Part shown: one piece after another, positions 11,691 through 22,034 of the stretch
Numbering within the stretch: position 1 is the first letter of the stretch
How the letters are laid out: every line of letters begins with the position of its first letter
Program-made: the position numbers and the translations under genes
The notes under the pieces: model-generated
Seen by the model: only the letters and a program-made list of their open reading frames with translations
What the model was told of the DNA's origin: nothing
The model's database searches: none
Source of the DNA: Gemmatimonadota bacterium
GTDB taxonomy: Bacteria; Gemmatimonadota; Gemmatimonadetes; Gemmatimonadales; GWC2-71-9
Direction: 5' to 3'
DNA: 64,000 bases
Assembly: GCA_003223415.1 (NCBI GenBank)
Contig: QHUY01000015.1
Coordinates: forward strand, 14,115 to 78,114

Positions 11691-13740
11691 CTACCCGATG
11701 GCCGCCAGCGCATCATGGAGCTCACTCGCGCTCCGGTATCGCTCCTCCGGCCTCTTCCCCATCGCTTTGAGGACGACCCTGGCGAGAGCGTCCGGCACGT
11801 CGGCGTTCAGCGTGCGCGGGTCCGGGGGCGCCTCCTCGAGGTGCTTGGCGATCAGCGACCACGTCGTGTCGGCCTCGAAGGGGACGCGGCCGGTGAGACA
11901 CTCGAACAGCACCACCCCCGCCGAGTAGAGATCGCTGCGCGGATCGAGCTCGGAGCCCGAGAGCTGCTCGGGCGACATGTAGTCCGGCGTCCCGATCGTC
12001 GTCCCGGCCTCGGTGAGGCCCGGCTGTTTGTCTTTCGGCGGGTTGGCGAGCCGCGCGATGCCGAAGTCCATCACCTTCAGGAAGCCGCTGGGCTCGACGA
12101 CCATGTTTTGCGGCTTGATGTCGCGGTGGATCACGCCCTCGGCATGCGCCACCTCGAGCGCGCGACACAGCTGCTTGCCGACGGTCAGTGTCACCGCCAC
12201 CGGCAGCTTGCCGCGGCTCGCGATCAGCACCTTCAACGAGGTCCCCTCGACGAATTCCATGGTGAGGTAGTACATCCCGTTCACCTCGCCCAAGTCATAC
12301 GTGCGGACCACGTTGCGGTGGGCGATCCGGCGCGCGAGACGGATCTCCTGCTTGAAGCGCTCCAGGGCTACGGAGTCGCCCGTCAACGCCTCGGGCCGCA
12401 GGGTCTTGATCGCGACGGGCTCCTGGAGCTCGCGGTCCAGGGCGCGGTACACGACGCCCATGCCGCCCATGCCGAGGACTTCCTTGATCTCGTAGCGGCC
12501 CGCGAAGGTCGAGCCCGGCCGCAGCACATCCCCGCCCGAGGTGATCGAGGGCCGACCCGCGACTTCCCGGATGGCGGTCGGGGCGGCGCTGATCGGTTGG
12601 GTCGCCGCGGCGCCGGTGGCGCGCATCATGTACTCGACGAGGTCGGACTTCTCCTTCAGGTCCTCGACCAGGCCCTTGAAGGCCCGAGCCAGCACGCCGA
12701 TCTCGTCCCCGGAAGAGACGTCGATCGCCACGGCGTAATCGCCGTCCTGAACCCGGCGCGTGGCGAGGGCGAGACGCCGTACCGGCCCGGCGATCTGGCG
12801 CGCCTGCACGAAGGCGAAGGCCAACGCGAGCACGACGCCAAGCCCGATGGCGAGGAGCATCGTGCGCTGCAGCGCACGGAAGGCCGCGAGTTCCGCTTCC
12901 CGCGAGCGGAGCGCGACGAACCCGCCGCGCAGGTCCCCAGCCGGGGAGCGGATCGCCCCGGCCAGGCCGACCAGATGCTCGTGCAGCCGACATGGCCACA
13001 CCTTCCCCGCCGCTGTCGGCCGCGAGCGCCTCCGGCCGCACGGCGGTGATCAGCGCCGGACCGATGTCTTCGCGCGGGACGGTGCTGCCCACCACATACG
13101 GCCGGTTGAGCGTGTCGAGCGCGAAGAAGACCACGTCCGAGCTCGTCGCCTGCTGGATCGCGCGGGCCAGGGAGTCGCTGATCTCGTACGCCGCGACCAG
13201 CGTTCCCTGCGGGGCAGCCGTCGGCTTGTCGCGGAGCGGGGTGCCCACGGCGATGAACATCTTGTTCTGAACGTCGTCCAGCCACGCCCCGCTCGTCTGC
13301 TCGCCGTTCAGCGCGCTCGCGACGAGGGGCGCGACCGCCATGTTGCGGTCGAACTGGTCCGGGTAGTCGGTGCGCGCGATCAGAACCCCGTCCCCGTTGG
13401 TCACCAACACCCAGGAGGCGTCGATCAAGCTGTCGATCTCGCGCGCCTGGTCGAGCGCTTCGGCGCGCTCACGCTGATTCAGCAGCCGCTGCCGGTACTG
13501 GGGCACATCCGTCGCCACGGTGCTGGCACGACCGAGGGTTCGCGTCCGTGCGGCGAGGTAGTCGTCCACTGCGCTGCGCGTACCCAGGAGCGCGCGGTGG
13601 ATGGACGCGTCCGCGGTCCGGTTGGCCTGCAACGATGTGACCCCGAAGGTCGCGCCGAGCACGGCGACCACGAGCAGCGTGGAGCCAAGGAAGATCTTCC
13701 CGGCCAGCCCGAAGCCCTTAGTAGCGCTCGAGTCCGGCAT
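11691..13740 (-). pseudogene. Transmembrane Ser/Thr protein kinase with extracytoplasmic sensor and HAMP; frame broken near 12990
   Basis: The upstream frame (ORF 12295..13740) gives a TM segment plus a periplasmic sensor up to ...EALAADSGGEGV. The downstream frame (ORF 11691..13001) continues with the sensor end, TM, HAMP-like segment and kinase (GMGGMGVVYRA, VAIK, HRDIKPQN, DFGIA, GTPDYMSPE). Confidence 0.8.
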
Positions 13741-14434
13741 TCGTTGGATAGTCCTGGCCGTACTTGTTCTTGTGGGGCTCCCACTTGTAGCCGCGGGCGT
13801 TGAGGGTGATCTGGAGGTCGACCGCCCCCCCCCCTCCCTCCCCCCCGGGCGTGACGGTGATGTCTTTCATCAGCTCGGTCGCGACCCGCTCGTGCCAGAC
13901 GTGCAGCTTGTACCGGCCCGCCGGGACGTCGGCGATCATGAACGCGCCGTCCCCCGCCGGCTGGGCGTACCAGCGTTTGGCCATAACGACGACGTACGCC
14001 ACCATCCGCGGATGCACGTTGCAGAACACGCGCACCAGCCCCGCGGCCGTGAACGTGTGGGCCTTGGCCTCGCCGCGGCCGTACAGCCCCAGATCGAACT
14101 GACCCGGCTCGCTCACCGAGAAGACGTTGTGGTTGAACGGATCGAGATTGGGGAACCGCACCGTCGAGCCCAGCGGGACAACGACCACGTGTGGCGCGTA
14201 CGCCTTGTCTCTAATGAAGATCTCCGCGGTCGCGGGCCGCGCCGCCGGCCCGGGGCCCTCCACGAAGATCACCGCGTCTCCGAGATCGGGGCTGGGCTTG
14301 TTGCCTTTCTCCAGGATGGTGACGTGGCCCGTCACCCGCGCGCCGCCCCCCCCACCCCCCACGCCCCCCTGCGCTCTGGATCCGGGCGGCGTGAGACACA
14401 TCAGCGCCGCGAGTCCCAATCCCCAACGCGTCAT
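13718..14434 (-). CDS. Secreted cupredoxin-like protein (putative type-1 copper site)
   Basis: Signal peptide, then candidate ligands His in DPFNHNVF and Cys/His/Met in FCNVHPRM. The C-terminal domain is beta-sandwich-like. Its 3' end overlaps the kinase start. Confidence 0.6.
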   Translation of the reverse strand: MTRWGLGLAALMCLTPPGSRAQGGVGGGGGGARVTGHVTILEKGNKPSPDLGDAVIFVEGPGPAARPATAEIFIRDKAYAPHVVVVPLGSTVRFPNLDPFNHNVFSVSEPGQFDLGLYGRGEAKAHTFTAAGLVRVFCNVHPRMVAYVVVMAKRWYAQPAGDGAFMIADVPAGRYKLHVWHERVATELMKDITVTPGGEGGGGAVDLQITLNARGYKWEPHKNKYGQDYPTNAGLERY

Positions 14435-14503
14435 CGCTCGTTTCCCATTGCGCCGAAGGCCGTTCAGCTTACTGTAATCTCACCGATACCGCCAGGAGTT
14501 CCG

Positions 14504-15661
14504 ATGCGTGCTCCGCCGCTCGTCGCCGCCTACGCCCTGTTCGCCCTGCGGCTCGCGGCCCAGTCTCCCGCCGCAGTGCCGCGCCAGCGCACGGCCCTAT
14601 TCACGGGTCTCGCGCTGGTGAACGGCTTCTACAACAGCGCGCGGGTCAACAACAGCGACGTGCCGCAGGTCGCGGACTCGGATGTGGTCGGTGTGAAGGG
14701 CGGCGGCGGCACGATGCGCCAGACCCGCCTCGGCGCGCTCGTCACCGAGCCCGACGTGCTGGGCGGCAGCTTCAGCGGCGAGGTGGACGTAGACTTCTTC
14801 GGTGGGCAGCTGCCGAGCTCGGGCGGCCGCACCTTCCCCTTGATCCGCCTGCGCCGCGCGGTCGGCACGGTCCAGTGGAGTCACGCACAGCTGCTGTTCG
14901 GCCAGGAGGCCCCGCTGGCGGCCGAACGCAACCCCCGCTCCCTGGCATCGGTGGGAGTCCCGGGCTTCGCTGGCGCCGGGAATCTGTGGCTCTGGATCCC
15001 CCAGGTGCGCGTGACGGCGGAGGTGGGCTACACCTTGCGGCTCGCCGTGCAAGGCGCCGCGCTCGCCCCCACCGCCGGCACGCCGCAAGGCACCTTCGCC
15101 ACCCAACCCGACTCCGCCGAGCGCACCGGCCGCCCGTATCTCGAGGGCCGCGTGCGGCTCGGCTGGGGCCCGACCGACGACCCCAGCGAGATCGCGGTGG
15201 GCGGCCACATCGGCTGGTTGCGCGGGCTCGACAGCGTCACCAGCGACACCCTCCTCGATTCCCGCGCGATCACCTTCGACGCCCGCCTCAGGTTCGGCAA
15301 GCTCGAGCTGCTCGGCGAAGGGTTCGTCGGCAAGGCGCTCGGCGGCCTGGGAGGTGGGGGGATCGGCCAGAGCATCGGCCGGAACGGCCAGCCGATCCGC
15401 TCCAAAGGCGGCTGGGGCCAGATGAACGTGCGGCCGAGCGGCGCATGGCTGCTGGGGAGCGGCTGCGGCATCGATAACCCCGACGACAGCGACGTACCAT
15501 CTGGCGGCCGTCTGAAGAATTTCGTCTGCGAGGGTCATCTGGAATGGCGGCCACCGGGGCCGTTGGTGTTCGGATTCGAGTACCGGCTGCTCAAGACCAC
15601 CTACCAGAGCGGGGGTTACACCGCGACGCACCTGAACCTGGCGGCGGGGTTTCGCTTCTAG
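14504..15661 (+). CDS. Outer-membrane beta-barrel (porin-like) protein
   Basis: AGGAG RBS 6 nt upstream of the ATG, signal peptide ...LRLAAQS, beta-rich sequence, and C-terminal LNLAAGFRF ending in Phe. Only the last part of ORF 13601..15661 is taken as real. Confidence 0.6.
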   Translation: MRAPPLVAAYALFALRLAAQSPAAVPRQRTALFTGLALVNGFYNSARVNNSDVPQVADSDVVGVKGGGGTMRQTRLGALVTEPDVLGGSFSGEVDVDFFGGQLPSSGGRTFPLIRLRRAVGTVQWSHAQLLFGQEAPLAAERNPRSLASVGVPGFAGAGNLWLWIPQVRVTAEVGYTLRLAVQGAALAPTAGTPQGTFATQPDSAERTGRPYLEGRVRLGWGPTDDPSEIAVGGHIGWLRGLDSVTSDTLLDSRAITFDARLRFGKLELLGEGFVGKALGGLGGGGIGQSIGRNGQPIRSKGGWGQMNVRPSGAWLLGSGCGIDNPDDSDVPSGGRLKNFVCEGHLEWRPPGPLVFGFEYRLLKTTYQSGGYTATHLNLAAGFRF

Positions 15662-15672
15662 GGACGGCGCCC

Positions 15673-15828
15673 CTACTCGACCTCGGTCCGACGGTGGTGC
15701 TTTTCCCGACGGCGGTACTGCTTCTTGGACCGGTGGACCTTGTGCGACGGGACCTTGAGTCTCGGCTTGACGGGGGCGTTCGGGTTCGGGACACGCACCG
15801 TCAGCCTTTCCTTCTTCTTCCGGCTCAT
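15673..15828 (-). CDS. Small, highly basic protein (51 aa)
   Basis: MSRKKKERLTVRV...KKQYRRREKHHRR. The start ATG overlaps the DinB-family stop (ATGA), suggesting translational coupling. No known family recognised. Confidence 0.4.
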   Translation of the reverse strand: MSRKKKERLTVRVPNPNAPVKPRLKVPSHKVHRSKKQYRRREKHHRRTEVE

Positions 15829-16346
15829 CGCCCGCCCCCCCGCCCCCCCCCCACGCGCTTCCGGATCTGCCTGGCGTGGTGGCGGGCGTGGACCACATGA
15901 AACCGCTCCCACTCCTCGAGCGTGAGGTCCCCGAGCCGCGGATGCTTGACGAACAGGTCGTGGCGCCGGGCCGGCAGAAGTAGTTGCTCCAGCTCGAAGA
16001 ACCGCGCTACGCCCTCGCGAAAATGGGCATCCGCGCTCGCCCGGGGGACGTACGCCGCTGGCACCGAGGCCTGGGGCGCCTTCCGGCCTGGCGGGTGCAC
16101 GCCCAGGCCCATGACCAGGACGTTGCTGAGCCGCTGGAGCAGGGTGCGGGGGCGGCGCGTCATGGGGTCCCGGGCCCGGCGCTCTTCGAATCCCTTGCCG
16201 CTCCACTCCAGCCCCAGCGCCAGGTGCTCCACGATCTGCGCCGCGTTCCACTTGCCGGCGGGCGCCACATACCACTCCGCCTCGGACCGGCCGGCGAGCG
16301 GCCCGAGAACGAGCTCCGGCAGATCGGCGAAGGCAGGATTACCCAT
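15825..16346 (-). CDS. DinB-superfamily (DUF1569-like) protein
   Basis: Four-helix-bundle pattern with conserved His positions (IVEHL..., HVVHARHHARQI). 173 aa. Confidence 0.7.
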   Translation of the reverse strand: MGNPAFADLPELVLGPLAGRSEAEWYVAPAGKWNAAQIVEHLALGLEWSGKGFEERRARDPMTRRPRTLLQRLSNVLVMGLGVHPPGRKAPQASVPAAYVPRASADAHFREGVARFFELEQLLLPARRHDLFVKHPRLGDLTLEEWERFHVVHARHHARQIRKRVGGGRGGGR

Positions 16347-16382
16347 TAGCTTCCATCGTCCGCTTTCGCAGAGATACTACGG

Positions 16383-17579
16383 TTGAGCCTGGTGCGCCGC
16401 CACCCGATTGCGCTTGCCCTCACCACGCTCCTCGTATTGAGCGCGCTGTGGCCGCTTCCCTCGCTGCTCGACGCGGTGACTGGCGCTCCCCCCGGGGACG
16501 CCGACCTCACCCGGCCATTCCTCTACCTGTTGATGGCGCCCCTTACGAACCTGCTCGACGCCCTCACGTTTCTCAGCCTCGCGCGCGCCCAGGCCCTGGT
16601 GGCTACCTGGATGGTGGCGCTCGCCCTGTGGGGGCTGCTGCGCCCTGGCTCCTGGCGGCTTCGAATGGGCCGGGCAGCCTTGGGTATCGGGACCATGCTC
16701 TTCCTGGTGGGTGCCACGCTGGCGCTGCCCCGTCCGGTGCCGCGCCTCGTCACGGCGGACTCCTCGGCCGTCGTGCTCGACTACCATGCCCACACCGCCG
16801 CGTCGCACGACGGCCGGAAACGATGGACGGCGGCGGACTTGGCCGATTGGCACGCCGCCCAGGGGTTCCAGGCCTCCTACGTCACCGACCACAACCTGCT
16901 CTTCACCCAGCGAGTCGAGCAGCCCATCCGTCTCCTTCCCGGGGTGGAGTGGAGCGTCTACCGCCAGCACGTGGTGGCGCTCTCACCGGCGACGGCCATC
17001 GACCGAGACAGCTTCTCCCGGGATACCCCTGCCATGCTGCGGCTGTTCGCCGAGTTGCACCGGCAAGGCTCCTTGGGGATCGCCTCCCTGCCGGAGTACT
17101 GGGATCACCATCGCGAGGACCTGGACGCCTTCGTGGCGGCGGGAGTGGACGGCTTCGAGATCGTCAACTGCGCCCCCAAAGGCCTCGCCTTTCCGTCCCA
17201 GGCCCGGCGGGACATCCTCGACCTGGCGGGCCCCAACGATCTGTTGGTCACGGGGGCGAGCGACAACCACGGCTGGGGGAAGGTCACGTGCGTCTGGAAC
17301 GTCACACACCCCGGCGAGCAGGGCTTCAAGGCCAATCACGTTTTCGCCCGGCCGCTGGCGCTCGCGCAGGGGGACCTGCCCGCGTGGAACGCCGCTGTCA
17401 CCCAGCCGTGGCTGATGCTGCGCGGCCTGTCCGGGAGCGAGCGGGTGAGCTGGCTCACCTGGATCGCGGTGGTGACCCTGTACCTGGCGCAGCCGCGACG
17501 GCAGGGCCAGCCGGCGGGCCTCGGCATCCTTGCCCGCTCGGTCTCCGCCCGGCGCCCGGAGGACGCGCCTGAGGGCTGA
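16383..17579 (+). CDS. Membrane-anchored PHP-domain phosphoesterase
   Basis: N-terminal TM helices followed by the PHP metal motif LDYHAHTAASHDG and later DNHGWG. Confidence 0.65.
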   Translation: MSLVRRHPIALALTTLLVLSALWPLPSLLDAVTGAPPGDADLTRPFLYLLMAPLTNLLDALTFLSLARAQALVATWMVALALWGLLRPGSWRLRMGRAALGIGTMLFLVGATLALPRPVPRLVTADSSAVVLDYHAHTAASHDGRKRWTAADLADWHAAQGFQASYVTDHNLLFTQRVEQPIRLLPGVEWSVYRQHVVALSPATAIDRDSFSRDTPAMLRLFAELHRQGSLGIASLPEYWDHHREDLDAFVAAGVDGFEIVNCAPKGLAFPSQARRDILDLAGPNDLLVTGASDNHGWGKVTCVWNVTHPGEQGFKANHVFARPLALAQGDLPAWNAAVTQPWLMLRGLSGSERVSWLTWIAVVTLYLAQPRRQGQPAGLGILARSVSARRPEDAPEG

Positions 17580-18410
17580 TCAGGGAACCCCCGCCAGGTT
17601 GTAGAATGCCCGCCAGGCCCTGAACACCTCGGGAAATTCGTGGTGGCGATAGGCGACGGTGCGCGCTCCCGTGCGCAGCGCGCCCGGCACCAGCTCGGCC
17701 ATGTCGGCCATCACCGTCATCTGGAAATCCACCTCCAGCGTGATCGGCGCCTCGACACGGTAGGGCCGGGGCAGCGATTTCTGTCGCAGCACGTCGGCGG
17801 CGGCTTCACGGATCAGCCGGCAGGCGACGGCGGGGGCGACGCTCTTGGCCGCGTGCCGGCTCACCGCCTCTTTCACGATCACCGGCCGTACCCCTTCCCC
17901 CAGCAGCTCGCGCGCCTCGGCCGCAAGCGCGTTGTCGCCGCTCACCAGCACGACCGGCACCCCGAAGCCGCCCGCGAGGGCCGCGTTCAGACCCAGCTCC
18001 CCCACCGGCCGGCCGTTCAGGCGCGCCTCGTGGATGAGGTCGGCATACGTGTGGTCCAGGATGGCGTTGCGGGTTCCGGCGCGCGCGTGGTAGCCGATGC
18101 AGAAGGCCGCGTCGAAGCCGCCGTCGATCCCTTCCATCATGCTGCGCGGCTTGGGCCCGCCGCTCACGAGCACCGCCGCCTGGTTCAGCTCCTCGGCCAG
18201 GAGATTCCGCATCAGCCAGTGGCTGTCGTTCACGAGGATCGTCGTCGCGCCGGCCTCCGCCGCGCCTTCGATTGCCGCATTGGCCTCGGCGGTCATCAAC
18301 CTGCGGAATCGGTCGTACTCGCCGGCGCACCGGGGGTCGAGGGGATTCGTCTGATCCTCGTGGACGACGCCGGCGACGCCTTCCATGTCGACGGAGATGT
18401 AGACGCGCAT
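17580..18410 (-). CDS. dppA: M55-family D-aminopeptidase
   Basis: N-terminal MRVYISVDMEGVAGV and overall length of 276 aa are typical of DppA/M55. Confidence 0.85.
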   Translation of the reverse strand: MRVYISVDMEGVAGVVHEDQTNPLDPRCAGEYDRFRRLMTAEANAAIEGAAEAGATTILVNDSHWLMRNLLAEELNQAAVLVSGGPKPRSMMEGIDGGFDAAFCIGYHARAGTRNAILDHTYADLIHEARLNGRPVGELGLNAALAGGFGVPVVLVSGDNALAAEARELLGEGVRPVIVKEAVSRHAAKSVAPAVACRLIREAAADVLRQKSLPRPYRVEAPITLEVDFQMTVMADMAELVPGALRTGARTVAYRHHEFPEVFRAWRAFYNLAGVP

Positions 18411-18762
18411 GCCCCGAAAGTTAGATTGCGGAGCCGTGGCGGGATACTCGGGAACACCGCTTGCTCAGAAGCTCGGTCTGAAGCCGGGACTCGCTGCCGC
18501 CCTCCTGCATCCCCCGCGTGGCTTCTTCACCAGGAGCCGCCGCCAGCTCGCGGCGCAACTTCCTGCGCTGCAGCGCGCCCTAGCGCCCGCGGGTGCGCTC
18601 TGGATCTCCTGGCCCAAGCAGGCGTCGGGCGTCGCCACCGACCTCACCGAGGACGTGATCCGCACTCTCGCGCTCCCGCGGGGCCTCGTGGACGTGAAGG
18701 TATGTGCCATGGACGACATCTGGTCCGGATTGAAGCTGGTACGCAGACGCAAGGCGCGTTGA
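18409..18762 (+). CDS. DUF3052-family protein
   Basis: AGYSGTPLAQKLGLKPG near the N-terminus and GALWISWPKQASGVATDLTEDVIR...GLVDVKVCAMDDIWSGL at the C-terminus. The middle part seems shorter than usual. Confidence 0.6.
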   Translation: MPRKLDCGAVAGYSGTPLAQKLGLKPGLAAALLHPPRGFFTRSRRQLAAQLPALQRALAPAGALWISWPKQASGVATDLTEDVIRTLALPRGLVDVKVCAMDDIWSGLKLVRRRKAR

Positions 18763-18778
18763 CGCTAAGCGGGGTTTC

Positions 18779-18797
18779 TACTTTGCCTTACAAAGTA
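18779..18797. promoter_or_regulatory. Palindrome TACTTTG-N5-CAAAGTA upstream of the membrane-protein/wHTH operon
   Basis: Perfect 7-bp inverted repeat in an unusually AT-rich intergenic stretch. The 10-mer CAAAGTACTT recurs at 19825-19834. Confidence 0.4.
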
Positions 18798-18834
18798 CTT
18801 GTCAGAACCCTGTCCCTTCCCTAGATTCGTCTCC

Positions 18835-19419
18835 ATGGCGTCGCCGCAGCCCCTGCACGACCGCGCGATCGAGAACCTGCGCTTCATCCGCGATACCATG
18901 GAGCGCGCCAGCGCCTTCACCGCGGTGCCGGGCTGGGGCCAGGTGGGCATCGGGGTCACGGCGCTCGCTGCGGCGGCCGTCGCGGCCCGGCAGCCCTCCC
19001 TCCTGGCCTGGCTCGCGACCTGGCTCGTGGAGTGCTTCGTGGCCCTCGCGCTCGGCGGCTGGGCCATGGTGCGCAAGGCGCGCGCCGCCCACGACCCGAT
19101 CCTCTCGGGCCCGGGCCGGCGTTTCAGCCTGAGTTTCCTGCCGCCGTTCGTCGCGGGTGGGCTGCTGACGTTCGCGCTGTATTTCGGCGGCGACCCGGCG
19201 CGGCTGCCGGGCAGTTGGCTGCTGCTCTACGGCGCCGGAGTGACGACGGGCGGAGCCTTCTCGGTGCGGGTCGTGCCCGTGATGGGGCTGTGCTTCATGC
19301 TCGTCGGCGCCGCGGCGTTGTTCACCCCCGCGGCCTGGGGCAACTGGTGGATGGCCGTCGGGTTCGGCGGGCTGCACCTCGTATTCGGCGGGATTATCGC
19401 CCGGAGGTACGGTGGCTAA
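18835..19419 (+). CDS. Integral membrane protein, partner of the wHTH regulator
   Basis: Four or five hydrophobic helices. Its stop overlaps the downstream GTG start region, and GGAGG lies 5 nt before that GTG. Confidence 0.6.
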   Translation: MASPQPLHDRAIENLRFIRDTMERASAFTAVPGWGQVGIGVTALAAAAVAARQPSLLAWLATWLVECFVALALGGWAMVRKARAAHDPILSGPGRRFSLSFLPPFVAGGLLTFALYFGGDPARLPGSWLLLYGAGVTTGGAFSVRVVPVMGLCFMLVGAAALFTPAAWGNWWMAVGFGGLHLVFGGIIARRYGG

Positions 19420-19783
19420 GACAAACGTGGTCCGGAACGCGGAAGCCGGGATGGGAGCGCCGAGCGGCGCGCGCCGGCACGCGGCGCAGGCGGCCGAGCT
19501 CGACCGGCTCATTCACGAGCGGGTGCGGCTGGGCATCGTGAGCGCCCTCGCGGTGAACGAGAGTCTCACCTTCAATGAGCTGAAAGCGCTGCTGAAGGCG
19601 AGCGACGGCAACCTGAGCGTGCATGCGCGCAAGCTTGAGGAAGCCGAGTACATCACCTGCACCAAGTCGTTCGCGGGCCGCGTGCCGAAGACGCAGTACC
19701 GGCTCACGGCCGTGGGGCGGCGTGCGCTGCAGCGCTACCTCGACCACATGGAGGCTCTGATCCGCGCGACGCGGGACCGCTGA
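19412..19783 (+). CDS. Winged-helix transcriptional regulator (HTH_34-like)
   Basis: [17 protein letters not shown]...[28 protein letters not shown]...[18 protein letters not shown] matches the winged-helix family that pairs with small membrane proteins. Confidence 0.75.
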   Translation: MAKTNVVRNAEAGMGAPSGARRHAAQAAELDRLIHERVRLGIVSALAVNESLTFNELKALLKASDGNLSVHARKLEEAEYITCTKSFAGRVPKTQYRLTAVGRRALQRYLDHMEALIRATRDR

Positions 19784-19818
19784 GCCTGGTCATTCTCTTT
19801 TTTTTGAGGACGGACTTT

Positions 19819-20475
19819 ATGATGCAAAGTACTTCTCTGCACGTGGCGATCATCATGGACGGGAACGGCCGCTGGGCCTCGCGCCGCGGCCTGCCCCGCA
19901 CCGCCGGCCACCACGCCGGTGCCCGCGCCGTGCGACGCGTGGTCGAGGCCGCCGCTGCGCAAGGCGTCGGCGCCCTCACGCTCTACGCCTTCTCCAGCGA
20001 CAACTGGCGCCGGCCCGCTGCCGAGGTCGCCGCGCTGATGCGGCTGTTCACGCGCCACCTGCGCTCCGAAACCGCCCGGCTGGTCGAGGCCGGCGTCCGG
20101 CTCTCCGTCGTCGGGCGCCGCGACCGCCTGCCCGCCGCGCTCACCGCCGCGATCCGTGCCGCCGAGCAGAGTACCGCCGGCGGCACGGCCCTGCACCTGC
20201 GGCTCGCGGTAGACTACTCAGCGCGCGACGCCATCCGCACGGCCATGCTCCTGCCGTTCGCCGGCGCGCTGCTCCCCGACGTGGACCTGCTGATCCGCAC
20301 CGGCGGGGAGCAGCGCCTCTCGGACTTCCTCCTCTGGGAAACCGCCTACGCCGAGCTCGTGTTCATTGACACGATGTGGCCCGACTTCGGCGCCGACGAC
20401 CTCGCCACGGCCATCGCCGCTTTTCACTCGCGCGAGCGCCGCTTCGGCGGCCTCCCCAGCCAGGCAGCCGGATGA
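19819..20475 (+). CDS. uppS: Undecaprenyl-diphosphate synthase (cis-prenyltransferase)
   Basis: [57 protein letters not shown] 8 nt before ATGATG. Confidence 0.9.
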   Translation: MMQSTSLHVAIIMDGNGRWASRRGLPRTAGHHAGARAVRRVVEAAAAQGVGALTLYAFSSDNWRRPAAEVAALMRLFTRHLRSETARLVEAGVRLSVVGRRDRLPAALTAAIRAAEQSTAGGTALHLRLAVDYSARDAIRTAMLLPFAGALLPDVDLLIRTGGEQRLSDFLLWETAYAELVFIDTMWPDFGADDLATAIAAFHSRERRFGGLPSQAAG

Positions 20476-22034
20476 CCGCCCCCCCGACGATCTCCCCGCG
20501 CACCCAGTTCGGGCTCGGCATCCTCGGCGCGGCGTTGGCGCTCGGCGTGACAGGTGATCTGGTGCTGCGCGTCATGCCCTGGGGGCTGAACGTGACGCTG
20601 TGCGCCGCGGCGCTCGTCGCGACCGGGACCGGGCTGGTGCGCTGGCGTCGCATCCCCGTCAGTCCCGACGCGCCCTGGCTCGCCCTCACGATCCTGTTGC
20701 TCGGCGCCGCGTTCGCACGCCGGGACTCTCGCACGCTCGCCGCGTTCGACGTGGTCGCTCTGGTGCTCACCCTCGGGCTGGCGGCGGCGAGCCTCCAGGG
20801 CGTCCGGATCCGGGTGCTCGACGCGGCGGGCCACGTGCGGGCCCTCGTCCTGGCCGCCTTCGGCGCCGCGCTCGGTTCGCTCCCCCTCGTGTTCCGCGAC
20901 GTCGCCTGGCACGAAATCCCCCAGGGCGGCCGCCTGCGGCGGGTGCGCGCCGCGGCACTGGGTGCCGTCCTCGCCCTCCCCCTGCTGGTCGTGTTCGGCG
21001 CCCTGTTCACCGGTGCCGATGCGGTGTTCGCGAACGTCGTCTCCAACGTGTTCGCCCTCGACCTCCCGCGGCTCGTGTCCCACATGCTCCTCATTGCGTT
21101 TTGGGCCGCGCTCACCGGCGGCTACCTGCGCTTTGCCCTCCGCCGTGAGGAGGGGCAACCCGCCCCCGCCGCTGCAGCGTCCGCCCCCGGCCCGGCGCTG
21201 GGTATCGTCCCCGTCGCCACGGCGCTCGGGCTGATCGATCTGCTGTTCCTGCTCTTCGTGGTCGTGCAGGCGCGCTACTTCTTCGGCGGGACGGCGGTGA
21301 TCGAGCAGACGACCGGCCTCACTTATGCCGAGTACGCCCGGCGCGGTTTCTTCGAGCTGGTGACGGCGAGCGGCCTTGCCCTTCCGGTCCTGCTCGGCGC
21401 CGATTGGCTGGTGCGCGGCGAGGCGGCTCAGCATCGACGCACCTTCCGGCAGCTCGCCGGCCTGCTGGTCAGCCTGCTCGCCGTCGTGATGGCCTCCGCG
21501 CTGGAGCGCATGCGCCTCTACGTGGCGGCGTTCGGGCTGTCCGAGATTCGGCTCTACTCGACGGCCTTTATGGGTTACCTGGTCGTGCTGTTTGCGTGGT
21601 TCGCCTGGACGGTGCTGCGAGAGCATCGGCCACGCTTCGCGTTCGGGGCGCTGGTGCAGGGCTTCGCGGTGCTGGCGGGCCTGCACGTGTTGAACCCGGA
21701 CGCCTTCATTGTGCATCGCAATCTCGTGCATCCGGGCGCGCAGCGTCCCTTCGACGTGACGTATGCCGCGAGGCTGAGTGCCGACGCCGTGCCCGCCCTC
21801 GTGGCGGCGTTGCCGATGCTGGAGCCTCGCGAGGCGCGCTGCATGGGAGCGCGTATTCTGCTCAGCCGCTGGCTCGCCGCCGCTTCCGACGACTGGCGCA
21901 GCTGGAACTGGGGCCGGGCGCGCGCCCGCGCGTTGGTGCGGGCCGATGAAGCGCGGCTTCGCAGCCTGGCGTGCGCCCCGACCCCCATGCTCCACCCGCC
22001 ACCAGCCGCTTCGGGCAGGGAGCGCGACCGGTGA
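20472..22034 (+). CDS. Polytopic membrane protein (DUF4153/DUF4173-like)
   Basis: Approx 520 aa with many TM helices. ATGA overlap with uppS. The family assignment is from memory only. Confidence 0.5.
   Translation: MTAPPTISPRTQFGLGILGAALALGVTGDLVLRVMPWGLNVTLCAAALVATGTGLVRWRRIPVSPDAPWLALTILLLGAAFARRDSRTLAAFDVVALVLTLGLAAASLQGVRIRVLDAAGHVRALVLAAFGAALGSLPLVFRDVAWHEIPQGGRLRRVRAAALGAVLALPLLVVFGALFTGADAVFANVVSNVFALDLPRLVSHMLLIAFWAALTGGYLRFALRREEGQPAPAAAASAPGPALGIVPVATALGLIDLLFLLFVVVQARYFFGGTAVIEQTTGLTYAEYARRGFFELVTASGLALPVLLGADWLVRGEAAQHRRTFRQLAGLLVSLLAVVMASALERMRLYVAAFGLSEIRLYSTAFMGYLVVLFAWFAWTVLREHRPRFAFGALVQGFAVLAGLHVLNPDAFIVHRNLVHPGAQRPFDVTYAARLSADAVPALVAALPMLEPREARCMGARILLSRWLAAASDDWRSWNWGRARARALVRADEARLRSLACAPTPMLHPPPAASGRERDR

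Noticed and set aside
19790-19805. T8 run after the wHTH regulator gene as an intrinsic terminator.
   Set aside because: The preceding sequence forms only a weak, mismatched stem (GGACC...GGTCA), so the evidence is insufficient.
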